Shown here piece by piece: positions 37,891-46,268 of a stretch of 64,000 bases of DNA. The DNA is from Candidatus Sericytochromatia bacterium (GTDB taxonomy: Bacteria; Cyanobacteriota; Sericytochromatia; S15B-MN24; JAQBPE01): NCBI GenBank assembly GCA_035285125.1, contig JAYKHR010000045.1, positions 32,001 through 96,000 of the forward strand, read 5' to 3'. A program made the translations under genes and the position numbers. Below the pieces are notes generated by a model that ran no database searches, was not told the DNA's origin, and saw nothing but the letters and a program-made list of their open reading frames with translations. Position 1 is the stretch's first letter. Each line of letters starts with the position of its first letter.

Positions 37891-38382
37891 ATGCCAGCCA
37901 CCAGACAAACCCGCCGCAATGGCAACCCACCCCCGTTCCAGACGCGCTTCGGCGCGCTGCTGCGCCAGTACCGCGAGGAGGCGGGGCTCACGCTCCGCGA
38001 GATGGAGGCCCGCGGGCCGTTCACTTACTCGCACCTGTGCCGCATCGAGCGTGGGGCGCGCAACCCGCCCGACCGCGAGGACGTCATCCGGCTGGCCGCC
38101 GCGCTGGAGGTGGACGCTGATGAGCTGCTGGTCGCCGCCGGCTACCTGCCCGTCACGGCGCCACCCCCGCCCGCCATCCCCTCCCCACAGCACGGCCGGC
38201 ACCCGGCCACCCCGGAGGAGCGTCGCCTGGTCGATGAGGCCAACGCACGCCGCATCTTCGCGAGCTTTCTGTCGGACCCCGCGTTCTGGGAGCAGACGGC
38301 CGACGAGCGCCGCTCCACCTTCCGCTACCTGGACGGCCTGCTGGAGGAGGCGCGCCGCTTCTCGCTGCGCAAGGCGAAGTAG
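37891..38382 (+). CDS. XRE-family helix-turn-helix regulator
   Basis: FGALLRQYREEAGLTLRE..SHLCRIERG.RNPP..LAAAL..LLVAAGY. Confidence 0.88.
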   Translation: MPATRQTRRNGNPPPFQTRFGALLRQYREEAGLTLREMEARGPFTYSHLCRIERGARNPPDREDVIRLAAALEVDADELLVAAGYLPVTAPPPPAIPSPQHGRHPATPEERRLVDEANARRIFASFLSDPAFWEQTADERRSTFRYLDGLLEEARRFSLRKAK

Positions 38383-38404
38383 CCCCGCTGTTTGTCGTTC
38401 GCTG

Positions 38405-38435
38405 AACGCCGCCCGTCTCGCGGGCGGCGTTTTTG
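38405..38435 (+). terminator. Rho-independent terminator
   Basis: AACGCCGCCCG-tctcg-CGGGCGGCGTT followed by TTT. Confidence 0.8.
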
Positions 38436-38542
38436 CGCGGGGCCCCGACGCTCGGCGCCCCGTGGGGCCGGGTCGGCGGTTGCCCGCACAGCTCCCGTCC
38501 TGTATATTCCCTGTACAAGTTCAGTGACGACAGGAGGTCACG

Positions 38543-39550
38543 GTGGGCCAGCCCAAGTCCCGCATCGCCATCGTCGGCGGCGGCCTCTCCGGACTCTCGT
38601 GCGCCCAGCGCCTGCAGGCGGCAGGGCACGCCGTCGAGGTCTTCGACAAGGGTCGCGGCCCGGGCGGGCGCATCTGCACCCGGCACGACGCGGAGGCCGG
38701 TGACTTCGACCACGGGGCACAGTTCGTCACCACCCGCGAGCCCGAGTTCGAGGCCTGGGTCAGCGAGCTGGTGCTGCAGGGGCACGCCGTGCAGGCAACG
38801 TGGCGGTTGCGGCGGCCGGGCCGGGTGGCCGGGGCGCCCGCTCGCTTTGTGGGGACGCCTGGCATGAGCGCGCTGCCGGCGGCCCTGGCCGTGGGGCTGA
38901 CCGTCCACCGTCGCGCGCGCGTCACGGCGCTGGACCGGCAGACGGGGGGCTGGTGGCTGCAGCTGGACGACCAGGCCAGGGTCGGCCCGTTCGAGGCCGT
39001 CGTCGTCGCCATCCCCGCCCCGCAGGCCGTGGAGCTGCTCACCCCCGTCGCCCCGGCGCTGGCCGCGCGGGCCGGGGACGCTGAGATGGCCCCGTGCTGG
39101 GCGCTCATGGCCGCGTGGGACGAGGGGTTGGGGCTGGCGTCCGACGCCTGGGAGCCTGACCACGGCGTGCTCGCGTGGGCGGCACGCGAGGGTGCCAAGG
39201 CGGGGCGAAAGCCCGGGGAGCGCTGGGTGCTGCACGCCACGGCGGCCTGGTCCGTGGCCCACCTGGAGGACCAACCAGACGGCGTCGAGGCAGCCTTGCT
39301 GGATGCCCTGGCCGAGGTCGCGGGGCAGCCGCTGCCAGCGCCCTCCCACGTCCGCACCCACCGCTGGCGCCACGCGCGCGTGACCCGGCCGCTCGGGGTG
39401 GACGGGCTGATGGCGCCCGACCTCGGGCTTGCGGCTTGTGGCGACTGGTGCCTGGGCTCGCGCGTGGAGGATGCCTGGCTGTCGGGTTGGCGCACGGCGC
39501 AGCTCGTGCACGAGGCCCTGCTGCCGGCGCCGGCCCGGCGGGTCGGCTGA
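38543..39550 (+). CDS. Renalase-like FAD/NAD(P)-dependent oxidoreductase
   Basis: IVGGGLSG, FDKGRGPGGR..TR, FDHGAQF, HRWRHA, CGDW..G.RVE.A..SG; AGGAGG SD. Confidence 0.9.
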   Translation: MGQPKSRIAIVGGGLSGLSCAQRLQAAGHAVEVFDKGRGPGGRICTRHDAEAGDFDHGAQFVTTREPEFEAWVSELVLQGHAVQATWRLRRPGRVAGAPARFVGTPGMSALPAALAVGLTVHRRARVTALDRQTGGWWLQLDDQARVGPFEAVVVAIPAPQAVELLTPVAPALAARAGDAEMAPCWALMAAWDEGLGLASDAWEPDHGVLAWAAREGAKAGRKPGERWVLHATAAWSVAHLEDQPDGVEAALLDALAEVAGQPLPAPSHVRTHRWRHARVTRPLGVDGLMAPDLGLAACGDWCLGSRVEDAWLSGWRTAQLVHEALLPAPARRVG

Positions 39551-40764
39551 TGCAGCTGCCGCTGTTCGAGGCGTTGGCCCCCACGGACGAGGCCTGGCGG
39601 CAGCGCCTCTCGCGGGTGGACCCCATCGCCTACGCCCGCACGCGGAATGCGCTGGAAGGCCGGGTGACGGGCCTGTCACCCTGGATCACCCACGGCTTCG
39701 TCACACCGGGGCAGGTGCTGGCCGACCTGGGCCGGCGCCACGCGCTCACGGCGGAAGACAAGCTGGTCATGGAGCTCGGCTGGCGGGAGTACTGGCACCA
39801 CGTCTGGCGCCACCTGGGGGAGGGCATCTTCGCGGACGTCCGGCGCCCGGTGTACCCGGGGCGCTACGCGCAGGCGGTGCCGATTGACGTCCTGGAGGCG
39901 CGCTGCGGCGTCCCGGCCATCGACGAGGCCGTGCGGACGCTGCACGACACGGGCACGCTCCACAACCACGCCAGGATGTGGGTCGCCTCGTACCTCACGC
40001 ACCAACGGAAGGTCCACTGGGCCGCGTCGGCAGCCTGGATGTACGGGCACCTGCTGGATGGCGACCTCGCCAGCAACGCGTTGAGCTGGCAGTGGGTCGC
40101 CGGCACCTTCTCCCACAAGCCCTACCTGTTCAACGCGGCCAACGTCGCGCGCTACGCGCCGCGAGCGTGGCACAGCCCGGGCAGCGCGATCGACGCCAGC
40201 TACGAGGCGCTTGGCGAGGTGGCGGTTGCAGGCCCCGACGTCGGGCCCGAGCCGGGGGAGCGGGTCGGCACCCCTGCGCCGACCCTGCACCGCGAGCCCC
40301 CAGCGGCCTGCCTGGTGGCCGTCGGTCGGGACACCGGGGGGGGCTGGTGGGCGGCCGCAGGCGCGGCCGGGCCTCCGGCAGCCGGCGAGGCCTGCCGCCT
40401 GGTGCACCCGTGGGACCTCGCCGCACCAGGCGACCGGGCCGTGCGCCGCGTGGGGCTGGTGCACCTGCCGTTCCACGCCCGCTTCCCCTGGAGCGAGCGG
40501 CGCTGGCGCTTCGTGCTGGCGCGCCTGGCGGCGACGTGCGACGCCGTGTGGCTCGGGGATGCCACGGCCTTCCCCTTGGCCGGCGCCCACCTGGCCACAG
40601 CGACGCTGAACCCCGGCTACGCGGAGGCGCTGCCGCGCCTCGCAACTTGCGCCCCGGCGCCCCGCTTCACGCCCGACCCGGCCCGCCTCGCGCCGTCCTT
40701 CAGCCAGTTCTGGGCCGCCGTGCGCGGGGGCCTCGAGCTCGGGGAGGCAGGCGCTCCCCGCTGA
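39550..40764 (+). CDS. Photolyase with N-terminal FAD-binding domain (inverted, short type)
   Basis: YARTRN, LSPWITHG, HNHARMW.AS, LLDGDLASN.LSWQWVAG; ATG overlaps the upstream TGA. Confidence 0.88.
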   Translation: MQLPLFEALAPTDEAWRQRLSRVDPIAYARTRNALEGRVTGLSPWITHGFVTPGQVLADLGRRHALTAEDKLVMELGWREYWHHVWRHLGEGIFADVRRPVYPGRYAQAVPIDVLEARCGVPAIDEAVRTLHDTGTLHNHARMWVASYLTHQRKVHWAASAAWMYGHLLDGDLASNALSWQWVAGTFSHKPYLFNAANVARYAPRAWHSPGSAIDASYEALGEVAVAGPDVGPEPGERVGTPAPTLHREPPAACLVAVGRDTGGGWWAAAGAAGPPAAGEACRLVHPWDLAAPGDRAVRRVGLVHLPFHARFPWSERRWRFVLARLAATCDAVWLGDATAFPLAGAHLATATLNPGYAEALPRLATCAPAPRFTPDPARLAPSFSQFWAAVRGGLELGEAGAPR

Positions 40765-40773
40765 GCGCCGGCG

Positions 40774-41118
40774 TCAGGACTCGGCCTCCTGCAGCACGGT
40801 GGCCCCACCGGCGTCCTGCGCCGCGGGCTCTGCGTCCTGAAGAACGGGCATGGCATGGGCTGACACGGCCTCGAGCATGGCGGCCATGTGGGCCCGCTGC
40901 GCGTCGCTGGCGCCGGGGGTCTGGGCCGGGTCGCGCACGAGGCGCTGCCCGTAGCGCGTGAGGTGGGACAGCACGGCCAGGAAGTCGGCGCGGGTAAAGG
41001 CCTCCTGGCCCCCGAGGCCCAGGGCGTCGATCGAGAGCGCGACCAGATCGGCGCTCTCCGGCGGCGCGAGGGCCGCGATGAGATCCAGGAGGTCCTCGAG
41101 AGGAATGGTCGGTTCCAA
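40774..41118 (-). CDS. Small acidic hypothetical protein (start uncertain)
   Basis: ORF directly downstream of the Gly/Ala-rich gene; TTG at 41118 after AAAGGGG. Confidence 0.6.
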   Translation of the reverse strand: MEPTIPLEDLLDLIAALAPPESADLVALSIDALGLGGQEAFTRADFLAVLSHLTRYGQRLVRDPAQTPGASDAQRAHMAAMLEAVSAHAMPVLQDAEPAAQDAGGATVLQEAES

Positions 41119-41144
41119 GACGGTGCAGCCCCTTTGCATGGCGA

Positions 41145-42353
41145 TCAGCCTACCAGAGATCGCCACCCGTTGGAGAGCAGCCCCAAGCCCCCTCGGGCCG
41201 CCCCCGCGATGGCGTTCCAGTTCTCGAGCACGGCGGCGCCCGCCACGAGCGCGCCGCCGACGGCCGTGCCGGCCGGCGGGAAGGGCAGCAGCGCGCTGCC
41301 CACGGTGGTCATCGCGCCCGTCGCGGCAGCCCTGTAGTCGGGCTCCGGCTTCTGAGTCAGGGCGGAGGCGACCTGCACCGTGCCGGCAATGGCCCCGAGC
41401 GCTGGGCCCAGGCGCGTCGCCACCCGCGCGACGGTGCCCGCCACCGGCGTCACGGCCTCGAGCGTTCGGGCGACCTGGGCAGTGCCCGCCGCGACCTCGC
41501 CAGCCCCGCCCACGGCGGTGGTGGCGCCCTGCAGCAGGTCGCCCTGCCGCACCTGCTCGACGCCCCGGGCGATGTTCAACGCCCCACCAACCACGGCGGC
41601 GCCCCCCCCCGCGGCCTGGCCCAGGCGGCCGACGCGGGAGGCCTCACCGAGGTGGCGCTCCATGCGCTCGGCGGCCTGCGTGAGCCGCCCCTGCTCGCCC
41701 CCGACGGCCTGGGCGACGCGGCGGGCGCCGCCGGCCGCCTCCCGGGCCGCCGCCACCGTCTCCGAGAAGCCCTTGGCGGCCTGGACGCCGCCGCCCGTCG
41801 CGTCCCCAGCCAGCGCCTGGTTGAGGCCCTCCGTGAGGTTGCCACCGGCCTCCAGTGCGCCTTGCGCGCCACGCGCCGCGGTGGCCGTGCCCCCGGCGCC
41901 CTGGCCGGTGCGCCCCACGACAGAGCGCTCCCCGACGGCGTCACGCAGGTGGCGCGCCACGGCGGCGAGCCTGGCGCTGCCGGCGTTCGCCCCCGCCTTG
42001 CTGAGGTGGTTGGCAGCCGTGCGGGTGCCCTCGACGGCGCCCGCGATGCCGGCCCCGGCCTGCGCCGCCGCGCCGAGGAGGTCGCCATCGCCCAGCAGGT
42101 TCACGCCCTCGATGATCTTGCCCCCGGCCTCGGCGGCCTCCTGGGCGCTGCGGGCGCCGGCCACGGCGCGGCCGCCGACAAGGCGACCCGTCTCCACCGC
42201 ACTTCTGTCACGGGGCGCGGCCTCGGCGGGCCGGGGTGCGTCGCCCGTGGGCAGGGCCACGGCCCCCTCAGGCGCCGGCGCCTGGGCCGGGGGGCGCCGA
42301 GGCGGTGGGGGGGTGAGGGGCTGGGTGCCGGGGCGGGCGACGGGGTCGGTCAT
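41145..42353 (-). CDS. Gly/Ala-rich helical protein with Pro-rich N-terminus and hydrophobic C-terminal hairpin
   Basis: GGAGG SD; recurring G(L/V)NxxxxGDxxG segments; C-terminal ALLPFPPAGTAVGGALVAG. Confidence 0.8.
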   Translation of the reverse strand: MTDPVARPGTQPLTPPPPRRPPAQAPAPEGAVALPTGDAPRPAEAAPRDRSAVETGRLVGGRAVAGARSAQEAAEAGGKIIEGVNLLGDGDLLGAAAQAGAGIAGAVEGTRTAANHLSKAGANAGSARLAAVARHLRDAVGERSVVGRTGQGAGGTATAARGAQGALEAGGNLTEGLNQALAGDATGGGVQAAKGFSETVAAAREAAGGARRVAQAVGGEQGRLTQAAERMERHLGEASRVGRLGQAAGGGAAVVGGALNIARGVEQVRQGDLLQGATTAVGGAGEVAAGTAQVARTLEAVTPVAGTVARVATRLGPALGAIAGTVQVASALTQKPEPDYRAAATGAMTTVGSALLPFPPAGTAVGGALVAGAAVLENWNAIAGAARGGLGLLSNGWRSLVG

Positions 42354-42493
42354 GGGGGATCCTCCATCCAGGGGTGCCCTGGGCGCAATCTGACCCGATC
42401 ATCCCCCGGAAGCCCTGGCAGGGTGCCCCATTTAACGGAAACTTGATGAACTCCAAAAGGAGCCGCGCGCGGGGCGCGGCTCCTGGCGGGCCT

Positions 42494-43393
42494 TCAGGGG
42501 TTGCACAGCTCGCAGCGTCCCGGATCGGCCGTGCGCTCGCCGGCCGGAAACGGGCGCCGGCGCGTGTGTTCGCAGCGCACGCAGCCCTCGACCTTGGCAA
42601 GCGGCTGCCGGGTGGGCTCGCCGCACCAGCCGCAGGGCAGGCCCGGCTGCACCTCGACCACGGCGAAGCCAGGGGCACCACAGGCGCCACAGTGGCTGAG
42701 CGCCCGCGCCACCAGATCACCCGCCGCCTGCCTGATCACCGCCTGGCGCGTCGGGTTCAGGTGGGCCCGCATGTCGGTCTCGATCGCCACCGCGCGTCCC
42801 AAGCCCCTTGGCAGGGCCAGCTCCAGCGCCGCCTCCAGGGCCGCCCGCGTCGCCAGGCCCTTCGCGACCACGCCCGCCAGCTCGGCATCGGGCCCGTCGC
42901 GCACGATCAGGCCGTGCGAGGGGAAGCCGACCCGCTCGGCAAAGGCCAGGGCCTCCTCGCGGGTCGACACAATCGCCCGGGCCAGGTTGGTCGAGGGCGA
43001 GAGGGCCGCGCCCACGAGCTCCAGGCCCGTCGCACGGTCGACGAGGACCAGCAGCTCCCGGTCCGCCTGCAAGAAGGGCGCTGCCGGGTGCGGGCCGAAG
43101 CTGCCCTCGCTGGCGAGGGCGAGATCGGCCCCCGTGCGCGCCAGGGCGGCCTCGGCCTTGGCCCGCGCCGTCTCGAGCTGGCCCCCTGGTCGCGGCACCT
43201 CGCCCGTGAAGGTTCCGAAGGCGTCGGTGTCGAGATCCTCGACCCCCACGAGGCGAAGGCCGAGGCCCTCCCAGAGCAGCGGCGCGAGCAGCTCCACCTT
43301 GCCGTGACGCGTGGGCATCACGGCCGTCCGTCCCCTGAAGGGGGCCCAAGGACCCGATGCCGCCGGTTGGTCCGTGGTCGCGGTCATGGTCAC
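42494..43393 (-). CDS. DUF6671-like protein (ITPase/Maf-like N-domain + Cys-rich C-domain)
   Basis: T.HGK, DTD.FGTFTGE, ASEGSFGPHP, FPSHGL, ETDMRAH.NPTR, four CxxC pairs; GTG overlaps the icd stop. Confidence 0.8.
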   Translation of the reverse strand: MTMTATTDQPAASGPWAPFRGRTAVMPTRHGKVELLAPLLWEGLGLRLVGVEDLDTDAFGTFTGEVPRPGGQLETARAKAEAALARTGADLALASEGSFGPHPAAPFLQADRELLVLVDRATGLELVGAALSPSTNLARAIVSTREEALAFAERVGFPSHGLIVRDGPDAELAGVVAKGLATRAALEAALELALPRGLGRAVAIETDMRAHLNPTRQAVIRQAAGDLVARALSHCGACGAPGFAVVEVQPGLPCGWCGEPTRQPLAKVEGCVRCEHTRRRPFPAGERTADPGRCELCNP

Positions 43394-44811
43394 TCCCCCT
43401 GGGCCTTGCTGTAGCAGGGCTGCCCGTCGGCATGGCGAAGCTTCTCGACATGCATCCACGTACAGTGCTGACTGATCTCCCCAAGCAGCTCCAGAACGTC
43501 CCCTTCGGACACCTCAGCGGCTGCCATGTAGCGGCACCGATGCCAGTCCACCAGCAGGATCTCCGGGGCAGGGCCCGGGAACACCTTGGTGCCCCGGTTC
43601 GAGATCATCGAGAGGGTGAATGGTCCCACCCGCTCGGGCAACGCGGGGATCCCCCCGTGCTCCACGAAAACGTCGACGCCCCGCACCTCCCAGCGCGGCG
43701 GCGGCGCCACCTCCCGGGCACGGGCCTGCGCGACCACCCGGCTGGCCTGCCGGACCCCCGAAGGCTCGACGCCGGCTGGCAGCGCCTTCACGATGGCCTC
43801 CGCGAACGCGTCGGTGGTGGCTGTGCCTCCCAGGTCTCGCGTGCAGATCCCCTCCGCCAGCACCTGGCGCAAGGCAACCTCGACCCGCTCAGCTTGCCCG
43901 TGCAGGCCCAGGTAGCGGAGCATCTGGACGGCCGAGAGCAGGAGGGCCGTCGGGTTGGCCAGGCCCTTCCCGGCGATGTCGGGGGCCGTGCCGTGCACGG
44001 CCTCGAACACGGCCACGTCGGCCCCGATGTTGCCGGCGGGGGCCACGCCGAGGCCCCCGACGAGCCCGGCGGCGAGGTCGGAGATGATGTCACCGTAGAG
44101 GTTGGGCGTCACCAGCACGTCGAACCGCTCGGGCGCCGTGACCAGCTGCATGCAGGCGTTGTCGACCAGAATGTCGTCGGCCTGGATGTCGGGGTACTCC
44201 GCAGCCACCTCCTGGAAGCACGACAGGAACAGGCCGTCCGACAGCTTGTGGATGTTGGCCTTGTGGACGCACGTCACGCGCTTGCGCCCCCACGAGCGGG
44301 CCAGCTCGAAGGCGTAGCGGGCGACCGCAAGAGAGCCTGGCCTGGTGATGACCTTCAGACACTGGACGACCTCGGGAGACTGCCGGTGCTCGATGCCGCC
44401 GTAGGTGTCCTCGATGTTCTCCCGCACGATCACGAGGTCGACCTGGTCGTAGCGCGTCCTGACCCCCGGCAACGATCGCACGGGGCGGACGTTGGCATAG
44501 AGGTCCAGCGCCTTGCGGATGGTGACGTTGACGCTCTTGTGGCCGCTGCCCGAGGGCGTCGCCGTGGGGCCTTTCAGGGCCACGCGGTGACGCTGGATGG
44601 CCCCCAGCGTGTCGGACGGCAGGCCATTGGCAGCCCTCCCGAGGGCGCAGAGGCCGGCATCCTGCCAGTCCCAGGCCAGAGGCGCGCCGACAGCCTCCAG
44701 CACGCGCACGACGGCGCGGGTGATCTCGGGCCCGATCCCGTCTCCTGGGATCACGGCCACGGTGGTGAGGGCGGACGTGGCCGCCTCGCTGGGGGCGTGA
44801 TGGACCTGCAT
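43390..44811 (-). CDS. icd: Isocitrate dehydrogenase with C-terminal extension domain
   Basis: IPGDGIGPEI, KGP..TP.G.G.KSVNVTIRK, RENIED.Y, KANI, NLYGDIISD, FEAVHGTAPDIAG; extra domain ISNRGTKV.P..D..RCRY. Confidence 0.9.
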   Translation of the reverse strand: MQVHHAPSEAATSALTTVAVIPGDGIGPEITRAVVRVLEAVGAPLAWDWQDAGLCALGRAANGLPSDTLGAIQRHRVALKGPTATPSGSGHKSVNVTIRKALDLYANVRPVRSLPGVRTRYDQVDLVIVRENIEDTYGGIEHRQSPEVVQCLKVITRPGSLAVARYAFELARSWGRKRVTCVHKANIHKLSDGLFLSCFQEVAAEYPDIQADDILVDNACMQLVTAPERFDVLVTPNLYGDIISDLAAGLVGGLGVAPAGNIGADVAVFEAVHGTAPDIAGKGLANPTALLLSAVQMLRYLGLHGQAERVEVALRQVLAEGICTRDLGGTATTDAFAEAIVKALPAGVEPSGVRQASRVVAQARAREVAPPPRWEVRGVDVFVEHGGIPALPERVGPFTLSMISNRGTKVFPGPAPEILLVDWHRCRYMAAAEVSEGDVLELLGEISQHCTWMHVEKLRHADGQPCYSKAQGE

Positions 44812-44821
44812 GGGACCTCCT

Positions 44822-45433
44822 TCAGTCTCGGAAAGAGCCGCCACGCTGGGGTGGACGGGGCGGCACGGGGGTGCTCAGAGTGGTGAACTGCTCCAGGGCG
44901 GGGTCGTAGGCGAGCAGCTGGTCCTGCCGCTCGTCATGGAGCCAGCCGTGGAGCCTCAGGCGGCCGCCATCGACGGCCTCGCGAACGGTCGGGTGGGTGA
45001 GCAGCTGCTCGAGCTGGACCAGCACATGCTCCTGCACGGCAGCCTCCCAGAGGGCCTCGCCATCGAGGTGCATGTAGTGCTCCCGCAGCAGGGCCCGGGT
45101 CCGGGCCGCGTGCGCCGACCAGGCCCGGTGCCCCTCACTCGGCGCAAGGTCCGGCGGCAGCAGCAAGCCCCGCAGGGCCCCGCAGGCCGTGTGGCCACAC
45201 ACGACCAGGTCTTGCACGCCGCGGTGCTGGACCGCGTGGGTGATGGCGGCGGCCACTGGCTGGGGGGCCACCCCATGAGAGGGCACGACGTTGCCGTGGC
45301 TCACGATGCGCACGACGTCCGTCCAGCCTGCCCCGGGCTCTCCGGGAAGCACGCGCGGGGCGTCCGAGCAGCCGATCAGCAGACAGGACCGAGGCTTGGC
45401 CTCCATCCGAGACTTCAACCACGAGGCAAGCAT
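44822..45433 (-). CDS. Beta-carbonic anhydrase-like protein with atypical active-site motif
   Basis: CSD (CSDAPR), GNVVP, VVCGHTACGA, V..QL..L.THP.V, LHGW. Confidence 0.8.
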   Translation of the reverse strand: MLASWLKSRMEAKPRSCLLIGCSDAPRVLPGEPGAGWTDVVRIVSHGNVVPSHGVAPQPVAAAITHAVQHRGVQDLVVCGHTACGALRGLLLPPDLAPSEGHRAWSAHAARTRALLREHYMHLDGEALWEAAVQEHVLVQLEQLLTHPTVREAVDGGRLRLHGWLHDERQDQLLAYDPALEQFTTLSTPVPPRPPQRGGSFRD

Positions 45434-45450
45434 GGGGGGACCGTCCTCTC

Positions 45451-45753
45451 TCAGGCGTCGAACGCGAGCGGCTCCGCCGTGGAGAGGCGGCTGCCTGCCA
45501 TGAGCCAGCGGCCCAGGCCGTCTGAGCTCAACCTGTAGAAGGCCCGCTGCCCCACCCGCCGCTGGTCGACCAGCCGGTGAGCCCGCAACAGGGAGAGGTG
45601 CTGGCTCACGGCCGGCCCCTCGAGCCCCAGGGCCTGCCCGATCGCCGAAACGTCGCGCTCTCCATCGAGCAGCAACTCCACCACCCGCAAGCGAACCGGG
45701 TGGGCAAGGACGCGCAGCATCTGGCTGAACTGGACAAGCGAAGGCGCTTTCAT
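45451..45753 (-). CDS. ArsR/SmtB-family regulator, no cysteines
   Basis: LAHPVRLRVVELL..GERDV...VSQHLSLLR..RLV..RR.G...FYRL; GGAG SD. Confidence 0.9.
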   Translation of the reverse strand: MKAPSLVQFSQMLRVLAHPVRLRVVELLLDGERDVSAIGQALGLEGPAVSQHLSLLRAHRLVDQRRVGQRAFYRLSSDGLGRWLMAGSRLSTAEPLAFDA

Positions 45754-45760
45754 TTACGTC

Positions 45761-45879
45761 TCCATATATATGCTTATCTATATATCTGGAGAGTAACATT
45801 GAAAACACCTGCGGTCAAGCACCTGAAGACCCGGAACAGGCTTGACATCAGAACTGCAGCACGCATACATATATCTATG
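45761..45879. promoter_or_regulatory. Two ATATAT-containing inverted repeats, probable operators of the divergent ArsR pair
   Basis: TCCATATATAT-N8-ATATATCTGGA at 45761-45790; CATACATATATCTATG at 45864-45879; TTGACA at 45842. Confidence 0.6.
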
Positions 45880-45893
45880 GAGGCGTAGGCGTC

Positions 45894-46259
45894 TTGCCAC
45901 ATCGGAAGATCGCAGCCAGGGAGCTCGGCGAGCTGTTCGGGGTGCTGTCCCACCCTGAACGGCTCCAGATCGTGGAGGAGCTGCGCCGCGGCGAGCTGGA
46001 CGTGGCGAGCCTGCAGGCGATCCTCGGCATCAGCCACGCCAAGACGTCCCGCCAGCTGTCGATCCTGCGGGCCCAGAAGCTCGTGGCGGAGCGCCAGGAG
46101 GGGCGGCACGTGTTCTACCGCCTGACGGATCGCGCGCTCGCCACCTGGATCGCGGAGGGCCTGGACTTCATCCGCTCGAGCCGCTTTGCGCCGGAGGACA
46201 TCCGCGAGGCCGCGCGGCTGTCGCAGGTCGACTGGCTCGGCCCTGCGCCCGAGGCCTGA
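45894..46259 (+). CDS. ArsR/SmtB-family regulator, no cysteines
   Basis: LFGVLSHPERLQIVEELRRGELDV...SRQLSILR..RQEGRHVFYRL; paralogue of 45451-45753. Confidence 0.9.
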   Translation: MPHRKIAARELGELFGVLSHPERLQIVEELRRGELDVASLQAILGISHAKTSRQLSILRAQKLVAERQEGRHVFYRLTDRALATWIAEGLDFIRSSRFAPEDIREAARLSQVDWLGPAPEA

Positions 46260-46268
46260 GGGCAGGGC

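Noticed and set aside
45451..46259. Treating the two ArsR genes as part of the arsenic cluster
   Set aside because: They lack Cys ligands, have a different operator, and are separated from arsR-acr3-arsC by a subtilase
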